Source: Trichosphaerium sp. ATCC 40318
Taxonomy: Eukaryota > Protista > Tubulinea
NCBI GenBank assembly: GCA_038496445.1
Contig: JALMLS010000404.1
Coordinates: forward strand, 135,470-199,469
DNA: 64,000 nucleotides
Direction: 5' to 3'
Position numbers and translations under genes: made by a program. Positions 48,677-60,200 of the stretch are shown piece after piece; position 1 is the first letter of the stretch; each line of letters opens with the position of its first letter. The notes below the pieces were generated by a model that was not told the DNA's origin, searched no databases, and worked only from the letters and a program-made list of their open reading frames with translations.

Positions 48677-51461
48677 GGGTTATACTAAAATGTAGAATTT
48701 GCATGTCAAATGAATGTAGAATTTGTGTAGAAAAACCATATTTGACACCCAAATTTCTACTTTTCAAACACGATGGCTGATCAAAAGCTCCCCAGTCCAA
48801 AACACTGGGCTATACCCTCCATAGGTAATGTACACCTAGTGGAGTGGGTACCTGGCGATCGTTTGATCTTTTATATCAACTCAGGTACTACATGAGCTCA
48901 CCAAAACCTTGATTAACTATTTTATAGCAAAACAATATGGCTATCAATTTCATATTGATAGCAAGGCGTTTACATCAAAAGGAACGAGCCACTATTTTAA
49001 GTGTGCTCAGCAGTCGTTGTGTGGAGCTCGTGTTATCCTCACCGAGGATAAAGAACGCCATGGTATAATTAAAAACCTTCAGCAAACAAAAGGTACTTTT
49101 TTTTTTCTCAATTTCCTTTACAGTAATTTATGGCCTTAGATCACCACTATAATTGTATGCCTACCATGGCATCTCAATTTCACGTATCGAACAGCGTTAA
49201 AAAACGCGTTGAGGAAGATTTAAGAAATGGGGTACCATCACGTTTAGTGGTAAGTATTTCTCTTTTTTTTTGCTTTTACTGTACTAACTACTCTTCTAGC
49301 GAAGAAATTTGCTTCTTCAACCAAAAGTAAATGTCTTAAATCGTGCTCAAACACCTGATGCACGCCAATTGGAATATATTTCACGCTTGGTTCGTAGTGA
49401 GGAGAGCTTGAATGTGGAGGTACATTGGACTCTAAACAGCATTTTTTTTTTATTTTTTCGTAGGTTTTAACAAACCTAATTATGACTTTGGGGGATCAAG
49501 TCCGTGTTCAACTATCGCCTCTGGTGGTTTCTTTTGTTCCATCCAATATACAGCGCTTCTTAAAGGAGTTTGACGCCCGTACCATTTATGTAGATGGTAC
49601 TCATGTGATGGGAGATATTCGAGCTCAGGTACAGATTTTTTTATTACTGTTTTGTAGTAACTTATTTTTTGTAAGCTATTGCTGTTTTGGGTGAAGGCTG
49701 TCGGACCAACCAACTCAAAGGGTACTTGTATTTCTTGGGCTCTGTGCGAAGGTAAAAAACTGGAGCAATATGAGTACGCCTTTGGTCACCTTGGTCGCTC
49801 CATTGGCACTGTAGTGTTTAGAAGACTCATGGTTGATTGCGAATTAAATCTCGCTTACGGCACGTATTTGATAAATCCTTCTTTGTTTTTTTATCTTACC
49901 ACACTTCATTTTGATTCTCTTAATGATAGTGTGAGGCATTCCTTGGATACTAAGGAGAGCATAAACTCTTTTTTTTTGATACTCTTTTTGTAAAACTATC
50001 TGCTTACTTATTATTAAGCTGCATTGAATGAATGGCCTTTAATCCAAGTTCATCACTGTTTCTTCCATGTAATGGACGCTTTCCGCAAATGGAGAACAAA
50101 GAACCTTTCTGGAGATTCAAAGACAGCCATCTACCAATGGTGCAAAGCGTTCACTGATGGTATAGCGAAGGCTGAAACTCCAGATGAGTTTTATCGTATA
50201 TTTTTGACGTTTTATGATGTAAGTTTTTCTCTTTATTAGTACACACTTACTTTGATTTAGGAAGCTCTTAGTAGTACTAATGTACACAAGCGATCATATG
50301 CTAAGTATGTCAATAAGAACTATGTGGGCTATGACTTGGACTCAGCAAGGTACATTTTTTGGCTATTACAATTTTGGGGTTTACTTAACATTTTTGTCAG
50401 GTACGAGCCTACAACATGGGCTAAAGCCTTTATTGCTCTTGAGTTCCGCGAGGATATGACGAACAATATCAGTGAGTCCAACAATCGAGATCTGAAGCGT
50501 TGCTTAAAGGCAACACAGACACAGAAATCTCGTTTGGACATTCTTGCCAATCAATTGGCAATGTTTGTTGAAGAAAACTTGATTATTGGCCTAAGAATTG
50601 TTCATGGCATGTGTGCAGGGACTCGCATACGTCAGGGAGAGGCTAGTGTTGTTGGAAGTGATTTGGTTCAAGGTGCGAATCAACAATGTTTCTTGTTTAT
50701 TTTCCTTACAATTTGTTTTTATAGAAACAGACATCAATGATATGACACCTGCTCTCAGAGCTGATGTTGCCTCTGATGTTCTCTTTCCAAGTGATGCTAT
50801 TGGCGATCACCTTGTCTCCACTATTGATGATGTACCTGCTGAACATGAGATGCTACTAGGCATTGATATTGATGGAGAAGCCATCCCGGTCTTGGACTAC
50901 AGTGGTGATGGTGATGCTGCAGATGCAATACCTGTATCTTTGGAAGGTGGGATAGTTTCTCAAGATGCCCAAGAAATCTCTATACCACATTTAGCTAAAC
51001 GTGAGTTAATTTTTTTTTTGGTTGTTTAATTTTTTTTTTTTCCAGGTGGAACAAACCTACCTCGGTTACTACGCCGAATGCGGTTAGATGCTAAACGTAA
51101 AAAAGAAACAGAAGAGGAAGAAACCGAAAAAGAGAAGGTACCTCAAGCCAGAAATGCTAACATGGAGCCTGCATTTGTAGGTGACGAGATTGAAGGCATT
51201 GGTAAGGATGGTACTCCTGTTTTTAAACAACGTCTTCGCCCTCGTAACCGAAAGCGCCAAACTGTACTCCCTAAACGCTATCGCAATAAATAAATATGTT
51301 TGTCTGTGTCTTTTTTTATTGTCGTACCTGCACTACGTTGTTCCTGTTCTTCGTCAATGCTGTATATACAATGGTGAACAAAATTTGACTTTGACTTTTT
51401 AGGCACTTGTTCGGCATTTTTTAGGCAAAAAGTTTTTTTTTTTGACATTTTAGGGTCACCG
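48677..51461 (+). mobile_element. Autonomous-looking Mutator-like (MULE) DNA transposon with an 8-bp TSD (TACAAATA)
   Basis: TSD at 48669-48676 and 51462-51469; single copy (tatttgta, 22292-22299) at the empty paralogous site. Termini GGGTTATACTAAAATGT / CGGTGACCCTAAAATGT (13/17). Confidence 0.93.
48773..51293 (+). CDS. MULE DDE transposase, 11 exons, reading frame intact after splicing
   Basis: N-terminal FLYWCH/WRKY-like finger (YFKC..CGARV..HHYNC); YVDGTH (D1), LMVDCE (D2), CFFH, TNNISESNN (E); basic C-terminus. Confidence 0.9.
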
Positions 51462-51773
51462 TACAAATACGTTTATTCTCTCTTATATCCCGCCCGTCAG
51501 TGAAACAAACATCTTAGAAGTCCATCTGTAAACTTATCACTGATGAATGTCTAATTAAACAAGAAGGGCGAAGTTGATTATTTCCCAGGTAAATTACTAT
51601 CTATTGCTAATTGTCGTTAACGCCCAACAAAAGATGCTACAACCAACTAAGACTCCGGCTCATGGCCAGATCGGGCTATTTGAGGTCATTGTCTCCAGTA
51701 GCACTATTAATGTAAAGACAATAAATCAAACTGAATGTTGTTTAGCAGATAGCTGTTTTTTATTTACTTTTTT

Positions 51774-54271
51774 TCACGTTTTCGTGTAATGCTTAACATC
51801 TAGGTAGTGTCCTGAAAATTTTACCAGCTTGCCTTCATAGTTATAACCATATCTGTTAACAGATACAGCATCCTTAAGATATTGTAATTTACCAAACTCT
51901 ACCTTACATTGTTTTTTATCTTTAGAAAAAACAACAGACTTAACAACTTCCTCAGGATTCCACTAAATTAAACGTGTCAACAATCTTCTCAATGGTTACA
52001 AGTATATAACAACAATATTTGCTTTAAAAAAGAGCCATATTAATGGCAAAAAACCCAAAAGTAGCCACAAGGAACGTGGGTCCAAGAATTTAAAAAAAAG
52101 ACTTAAAAAAAAAAGAAACATACTGTTGTTTTGGTTTCACCGTAATCTTTCTTCTTAAATATGTAGCACCAAAGGTTAGCTATGTCCTCTTTCTTAAGAG
52201 TCAAATACCATGATAAAGAAGAGAAGTCCTGAATCATCAAAAATGGAGGATCTGAAGGGTACGGCAAAGCATGCCTTGAACGACATTTAACTACAAAAAA
52301 CATAAGAAAAAGAAGGGAAAGTGTGATTGCAAGCGTAAACAACAATATTTTTACTTGAACAGTTCAAATTCTTTGTTTCCCCAACTGCACCTTGAAAATA
52401 TTGTTTCATAAGTGAAATAAAACTCAAGGTCTTTTTATGGGCAGGAAAAAAAGAAGTTTTTTTTTGGGTTTTTTGCTGTTGTACCTCTCGAAAATCCTTG
52501 GCCAGTAAAGAATGATATTTCCCTGTCATAATTACGGAGTGGGTCTTGGTGAAAGTATATAAGAGGTTTTTTGGGTAAGAAAACAAGCAATGAACAAGGT
52601 AGGTTACATCTAGCTGCAGCTGCTATCTTGTGATGTCCATCAATCAGAAAATTTGAAAGAACAGTATGTATGCTTTGCTTTAACAAATAGTTCTTTGTTG
52701 GGTACGGTGTTCCACGACGATCAATCATACCAAAGGACATAGCTGTAGGTATTTCACCTTTTTTAAGCTTATTAACATAGTAATTAACACGTGATTCATC
52801 AAGAGATGACATTTTTTGAAATGGATTGATTGTGTTAACCCTAAACTCTTTTTCGTCTTGTTGATAAAAGCAACGATAGTAAGAAGGACAACCAATGCTG
52901 ATTTCTTTCTTTGATTCTGTAGAGAACTCACACCAGTCCTAGAAAGAAAAGTGAGTACACTACACCCTGTTGAGATGTATTAAAACCAAACAAAATAAAA
53001 GTAAAGGTGTCAACACTTCCAGAAGCCTCTACGCCTCCCTCAGTATTGATTATCAAATAAGAAGTCTAGCTAGCAGATATGCTAGCTTAAAGCTATACTT
53101 CAAGGTAGTAAAGACTGCTTCTTTACATGAATCTAGCTAGGCGATTTCTAAAGTCACTCAAATAACGTTTTCGACTCAATTACAAAGTTCAAGTATTGTT
53201 GAACTGTTTGTCGGCAAAAAAAGGTTGTTGAAAGGAGAATATCAACCCACGTACCCAATATTTAGCCCATTCGTTTGACCAGTAATCTTTTTCATCGAAA
53301 TCAGTCGCTTCTTTGTCGATTGTTTTTAATTTGTTTTCTACTAACTCAGGTCTAACAAAAATTTGCATAACGTCATACCTAAAGCAACATATTTGAGTAC
53401 AATCAATTGTAAGAGTATATCATGAACTTACGATCCATCAGGAAAAATAGCACTCAAAGTACTGAGTAGGTTGTCATCTTCCAGACTAAAACAATCTCCG
53501 TGATTGGCATTTAAAGCACTTGAAATACTTTCAACAGAAACATCTGCTGTAGCCACATGTGACCACCAAAATGCTCCAGTTTGAGAATTGGATCCCAAAT
53601 AGACTGTTTTCTTGCCATCAACCTTTATTGATGTATATCTATCTTCTTCACGCAAGCCCCTACTGAATTCTTTGTGAGTTTTTTTTTTTCAGAATAAAAG
53701 AAGAATTTGTTTTTTTCATTTTGATATCACGTGGTTGTAGTAAAACTTACACCATTCTTGGTTGTCCTCTTTCTTCGGGTGTTTCAAAAGAAATCTTTTT
53801 TAAGTGTGGTTCACTTTTAACAATATAATTGCGTCTGCAGCGTCCACCTAAACAACGACATAAACTTGTTTTTCCGTTCATTCGGGCGAGTTGTAGAAAT
53901 GACAACTGGCTGAGGTTTTTGTCTATTTATGGTTCTAATCGCGTACTTTGTGTATGTGTCTTGTATAAATGTTGGTATGAAAAGCCTTGAGGTGGTTTAA
54001 GGTATTTTTGCTTTTCAGCTATTGTTTCAAAACAAAACCCGCTGCATTTACTAATAAAGTGTTAGTCTGGGCGATAAGAGGATAAATAAGAGTAAAATAA
54101 CTTAGTTTTTCTATAAATGGTAGTTACGTACGTTTTCCACAACCAATTTGAGCTACCAACCTTTTTCCAGCGCTTACAGACACTTTGACATGAAAGTAAA
54201 CATTTCAACTCTACATGTCCAAACAATACACTTAAAACAGCGTCAACATGAAAAGGATGCGTGGGTTCCAT
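51774..54271 (-). CDS. F-box + ParB/Srx-like motif protein (paralogue of 19494-22003)
   Basis: Near-identical exons; slightly different C-terminus. Confidence 0.8.
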
Positions 54272-54457
54272 TCCCACAGACCAATTATTTGATTAAATGG
54301 CTTGTTAAGGTGTTTAAACGGTTAAGTGAAACTTCTGATTTTTCTTTGTAGATCTTATGTCGTAGGAATGCAAGATCACAAAGTAAACCTTGAAATACAA
54401 GTACTCCGCGTTTGAGAGTAGAAAGTTCAAGACCAAAATAAAATAGCTGTCACATTG

Positions 54458-55393
54458 ATGGCAACGAAACGTATCACGTGCGTTGATACATTAAACACAG
54501 AAGTCACAGACTTGTTTTCACTTCCAATCGAGATACTTTTAAATATTATCATTAGCAACGACCTAACATGGCAAGATTTGGCGTCGTTACAACAATCAAA
54601 CCATCATCTATGTCAAATAATACGAAATGAGTCAGCTTACATTTATCGACATTTGTACCATCAGAAATGGGGTCTTGATGGTGCAAAACTAGAGTCTACT
54701 ATCCATAAACGTATCGCAGGTCATTTAACACAACAACAGTTGACTGGGCACATAAAGGAGATAAAGACTTTGTATAACCTCGATGCAGTCACGTGGAAAG
54801 AAAAATACCTCAACAAACTTGTTCCAAACATCATCTTGGAGTTGAGTTGTAACAAAAAGAATGTTCACAAAGGACAAACAGTAACATTCACACTTACACT
54901 CAAGAATATTGGTAAAACGCCTGAGACAGTTTGCCTTGGTTGTGGATCTAGTCCTAATATATCTAGTGATATTGAAAGTGGTAGGTCTATTTATATTTGG
55001 AAGCCTCTTGTACAGGATCTCGGTGGCTTTCTGAACAATTCCATAAACAAACTTCATGTATCTAGCGAGTGGAATGTACATGACTATAACCTCATAGTGG
55101 AACCAGGAGATAGACATTCATTCAAAATTCCATTACTGTTAGACGCATTAAAGCCAGTACTATGGTTTGGAAGAAGAATGCCTCTACTACCTTCTGATAG
55201 GTTGTCTCTTCAGGGCAGCGTCTACCAAGTAATTGTTTGTGATGAAACACCAAATGTATTTCCTCTTCAAGTATTTGTCACGATCAATACTCTCAAGGAA
55301 TCATGTGAAGGTCTTTTAAATATTATACATGGACATTGTTCAACTGTTACAAGCAATATTGTAGATCTTACAATGTACAGGACACCTCAGTAA
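54458..55393 (+). CDS. Intronless F-box protein with an Ig-like beta-sandwich C-terminal domain, tandem copy 1
   Basis: LFSLPIEILLNII..LTWQDLASLQQSN; KGQTVTFTLTLKNIG and VEPGD motifs. Confidence 0.85.
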   Translation: MATKRITCVDTLNTEVTDLFSLPIEILLNIIISNDLTWQDLASLQQSNHHLCQIIRNESAYIYRHLYHQKWGLDGAKLESTIHKRIAGHLTQQQLTGHIKEIKTLYNLDAVTWKEKYLNKLVPNIILELSCNKKNVHKGQTVTFTLTLKNIGKTPETVCLGCGSSPNISSDIESGRSIYIWKPLVQDLGGFLNNSINKLHVSSEWNVHDYNLIVEPGDRHSFKIPLLLDALKPVLWFGRRMPLLPSDRLSLQGSVYQVIVCDETPNVFPLQVFVTINTLKESCEGLLNIIHGHCSTVTSNIVDLTMYRTPQ

Positions 55394-56050
55394 AGCTCTT
55401 ATAATTATAGAATTAGTACTTGAAAAGAAAAACAAAAAACCTTTTGATTGTTGCTTTTGCTGCAAGCATGACAACATGTTCACTTGTTTTCTTTCCAAAA
55501 AATCGACTACCAAAACGCCATGTATGATTTAACATTGGTGGATACAATCACAACATTGGCAACACAATTTGTTAGCAATAAGAATAAAAAATGAATACCA
55601 AATGTCAATGTTTAACATTGAATTACAATTCATGTTTTTGGCTATACGTACTTTCACTTCTTGTTCCTCTCCACGGCAACGCTCTAGTATCTACCTCTGT
55701 TTTAAGTTCACAAAGTATGTATTGGGTTTTCAAATCTGGTTGAAATACGACAACTATTGTACAATGATCATTATTTCTTTTGGCGATTTTCTGGCCAAAT
55801 AATCATTTGGGTGTTTTGAAACAAATTGTGCCCTACCTGAGGCTACCCAGTTACTTACATTAGCATTGATGTATTTTGAATAAAAAACTACACGTCTGTG
55901 TTGTGGGAACTTCTTTCTTCGAATTTTCTGATTGTATTTTCTTCTAATCAAAGGAGACGAAGTAGAAAAGCTACGAACCCAACATAATGAGAATAAGTAC
56001 GCGTTCTTGTGTAAACAAATTGACCAAAATAATGTACCACAAGTCCCATA

Positions 56051-56947
56051 ATGACAGCGAAACGTATCACGTGCGTCGATATATTAAGCACAGAAGTCAC
56101 AGACTTGTTTTCACTTCCAATCGAGATACTTTTAAATATTATCATTAGCAACGACCTAACATGGCAAGATTTGGCGTCGTTACAACAATCAAACCATCAT
56201 CTGTGTCAAATAATACGAAATGAGTCAGATTACATTTATCGACATTTGTACCATCAGAAATGGGGTCCTGATGGTGAAGAACTAGAGTCTGCTATCCATA
56301 AATGTATCACTAAAGAATTAAAACGTCTTAGTCAATTAGGTGTTTTAATACGTACTGCGACTGAGTATAATCTTGATGCAGTCACGTGGAAAGAAAAGTA
56401 TCTCAACAAACTTGTTCCAAACATCATCTTGGAGTTGAGTTGTGACAAGAAACATGTTCACAAAGGACAGACAGTAACATTTACAGTAACACTTCAAAAC
56501 ATTGGTAAAACAGAAGAGAGATTATACCTCGGTACTGGACCAAATAAATATAGCATTGAAGGGGGTAAGGCTATCTATGTTTGGAAACCTTGTATGTACA
56601 TGGAGTCTGGATACCTCAACAATTTCAAGGAAAGATACGATTATTCATACCCGCGGGAGAGAAAAGTTAATATTACAGTGAATCCAGGAGATAGGCATAC
56701 ATATAAGCTGACGTTACTTTTTGACATTAACAGACGACACGTTCCTCGTTATCTATCTCTTCAAGGTAGAAAATATCTAGTGTTTGTTGCCTGTGATGAA
56801 TCACCAAATGTGTTTCCTCTTCAAGTATTCGTCAAACTCAATACTAATAAGGAGGTATATGATACTCCTCTTACAAGTGTTCGTGGACAATGTTCAGTTG
56901 CCACAAGCAATATTGTAAATCTTACAATGTACAAGACACCTCAATAA
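56051..56947 (+). CDS. Intronless F-box protein with an Ig-like domain, tandem copy 2
   Basis: First ~75 aa almost identical to copy 1; same framework motifs. Confidence 0.85.
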   Translation: MTAKRITCVDILSTEVTDLFSLPIEILLNIIISNDLTWQDLASLQQSNHHLCQIIRNESDYIYRHLYHQKWGPDGEELESAIHKCITKELKRLSQLGVLIRTATEYNLDAVTWKEKYLNKLVPNIILELSCDKKHVHKGQTVTFTVTLQNIGKTEERLYLGTGPNKYSIEGGKAIYVWKPCMYMESGYLNNFKERYDYSYPRERKVNITVNPGDRHTYKLTLLFDINRRHVPRYLSLQGRKYLVFVACDESPNVFPLQVFVKLNTNKEVYDTPLTSVRGQCSVATSNIVNLTMYKTPQ

Positions 56948-57222
56948 ATCTCCTATAATCTTCACTTACAAGAAACAAGTAAAATCAATTTGATAAAAAA
57001 CCCAATGTGCCGTCTGATAGAGATTTGGCATCCATATCACAAACTTGAGCTACACAAGTGACTTCATACTGCTGACAACAGACGTCTGGAATAAATTGCT
57101 AATGATCAGAAGGGAGATTCGTGAAAACAACAAATTACCCATCAACAGCCTATAACAGGGAACGGCCGTTCTAAGTAATAAAACACTGCAGCTGCAAAAT
57201 TTTGTCTTTTGATTCAAATAAT

Positions 57223-60200
57223 TTATTGTCCAAGAAGAAAGCGTATTGAACTTTCAAGCAATGGTACTAATATAGGTGCTTGTGAGCGTGTACATAATTT
57301 ACAAACATTTGTCTTTGGTGTAAATGCTATTTCAATAAGGAATACCAAGTTATTATGTGTAGCAGCAGAGAAGTAAAGAACGACCTTTCAAAAAAAACAC
57401 AATTAGTATTATTCAAAGAAATATGTCAAAAAAAACCATGGTTGAGTTGATTCACATGTGTTGATAACATGGATTTGATATATTTAAAAAATAACAAAGG
57501 TATTTCAATTTTAGAATTTTTTTGTTGTGAACGTGGAGAAAAAGGAAGAAAAAATCGAGAAAAAAAAAGTTAAACCAAAAGAAACCAAAAAATCATCTCT
57601 AATGAGGGTGTGATCCCAGAAACAATCATATAATTTGCTGGTAATAATGTGTTCTTTGAAATGGTTTATAAATTTTTAATGTAACACGCAAAGTGGTGTT
57701 ATTATGAAACGATTTTTGAGAAGGAGTAAAAATATGAAAAAATAAAAAGCATACCTGGCCTTCTTTTTTACTTGATGCCACAAAGAACATGTTATGCGAA
57801 TTCATTCTGTTTTTAATAGCATCTTTATTAGAAGCTATTATCAAAGGAATATCAGCATACTTTTCCTCTCCACTAACTTGCCACAACTCGCGATAAGCCT
57901 ATTAAAAATAATTAGCAAGACAAGGACAAAAAATAGGCTACACTGTCAGCATAAGAAACACCTCGACATTCAAAATAACCCCAAAAGTTTGAGGTTAATT
58001 AGTCTACTTTAGATGTATTGTACACAAAAGCGTTGATACCAACAATGTAAAAAGTTTTGGCTACCAATCACGATCGTTTATGTTTCATTGAAAAAGAAAA
58101 AACCAAAAGGTATTGACGTACTTGTTTAGTAAGACCTCTCCCTTCTACAAACAAAACATGGATTGGAACAGGTGCCTTGAAGTAATAAAGACCAGTATTA
58201 TTCCTTATAGCTATCTCAACAACGTTTGAAACACCATCAGTTGCCTGTCCATCAAGCGTAATAGGAAGTGAAACAACCATAGTTTGGCCAGGCATTATTT
58301 GAACGACTTGCATAGGCGCACCAGGTACCATAGCGAATCTACACATAAAATAAGTCATACAACGCTCAGGTACATAATAAAAGAACGCTATGAAAGTAAT
58401 ATTATACGCACGTGTTTTTGTTGAACTGAATTTGAAATTCACGAAGTGGTTGTTGTGATTTATTTGTAAGCCTCATATCAAAGAAGATACGTTCTCTTCG
58501 ATTAAAAGATGCCAGGACTTCTAAGCCACCTCCAGATTCAGGTTTGAGTACATTTATAGGTGGGCATGTTATAACATCTCTAGAAGAAACAGTAGGAGAA
58601 TTTGGAGCACTTGCTGATGATCTATTCGACCTCGCTGAAGATCTGTTCGATTTTGACCTTTTCGGACTTGAAGGCGTCTTCTTTCCGCTTGAACGTGCAG
58701 AGAGTAATACAGAAGCACGTTTCTTTAATGGTGCATGACCTGTATGTTCCACAAAAGCCTCTGGTGGTTTGTGATAGATACTAGCTAATGTACCAATCTC
58801 AGAAATGAGTTCTTCTAGAACAGATTCTTCAATACGAGTTGAAGCATCAGAAATTAATGGTTTCTTCGAAAGAACGATTGCTTTCGCACGTTCTGGGTCT
58901 AAACAATATCATTAATATATGTACATAGCCTTGGGACATATTATGGTTCTCAAAGAGACAAGAAGATCAACACATACCTTTAGAGAGAAGTCTCCAATAA
59001 ATAAAACCTCGATCGCGAAGATCTGGGTCTTGAGAGACTGTAGCGGCATTGAGTACTTCTTGTACGAGTTTAGCATGTTCTGGTTTACGCAAGAATAACT
59101 TAACGATGCTTGTGAGTAGTTGAAGCTGTACTATAGAAGCAGCTTCAGTGAATCCTTCAAAAAATACTTCAAGTAATTCTCCTGCATTATCAATACGTTC
59201 TCCATACTCTCCAATGATCCAGATCATAGCTGCTTTTGCTTCTGGTTCATCCAATGCTTCTAGGTTATCGCATAGAACGGTGACTATACTCTCATACTTG
59301 TTAGGATACTTACGGAAGATATCCTAAGGCAAAACGTCAGATCTTCACAAAAAAATTTGATGTATGAACTTCGAGTCGCTTTTACACTAGCTGTATGCTT
59401 GCGTTTGACTCTTTCTTAGTTTTTTAAATTGTGTACGTACCTTAATGACAATAATGGATTCTTGAACAACGTATGATATCTTAGTTTTGATGAGATCAAG
59501 TAAAACATGAACCGATTTTTCAGCAGCAGATTTTAACTTGATAGCACAGCGACCAATAGCACGAACAGCCTTGCGAGCAAACTGAGCATCTATTTCTAAA
59601 GCATACTTCTTAAGTTCCACAAGAACCTAATAAAGACCATGAGTGCATACAACATCACCAACGCAGCAAAATCCGAGAAAAGCGAAAACAAAAAAAAAGC
59701 ACAAAAGCGCTTTCAATCATCGCAAGTCGGCAAAGGTTTAAGCTTTCAGCTTCTACCCTGTAGCTTTGGATTTGAAGCACAACAGAAATGTATTAAACTG
59801 AATGTTAGACGTACTTGATCAATATTATGAGGAGTAACAAGCATTATAATTAACTCTAGTTTTTCCATCTTAACATAAACTGGATCATTGTATTTACAAT
59901 AAAACACTTTAACGTCATCATGTCCTTGTAATAGCTTTGGTGTCTTTTGTAGAATTAAATTAACATTACGTAGAGCAACATATTGAAGCTCAGGATGCTT
60001 TGAGTTTAGAAGAGTGACTACAATGGAAGAAATGTTAGAAAGTCAAAAAAAAAAGAAACTTTTTTCTTGGAATGGGTTTTTTTTTTTGAGGTTTCTGCGA
60101 CTTACCAAGAGGTGGTGCTACTTTCTTTAGTAGTTTTTCAGATTGTTCTTTGTCAAATAGAACAATATATCTCATAACAATCTTAACAGTTGCAAGAACA

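Larger units (their letters stand above)
48335..54376. repeat. Segmental duplication arm A' (inverted copy of 19390-22632) interrupted by the MULE
   Basis: Homology resumes exactly on both sides of the transposon. Confidence 0.95.

Noticed and set aside
6882-56947. Intact endogenous giant virus
   Set aside because: No capsid, polymerase, packaging ATPase or other NCLDV core gene was seen, and the virus-like genes are interspersed with intron-rich host genes.
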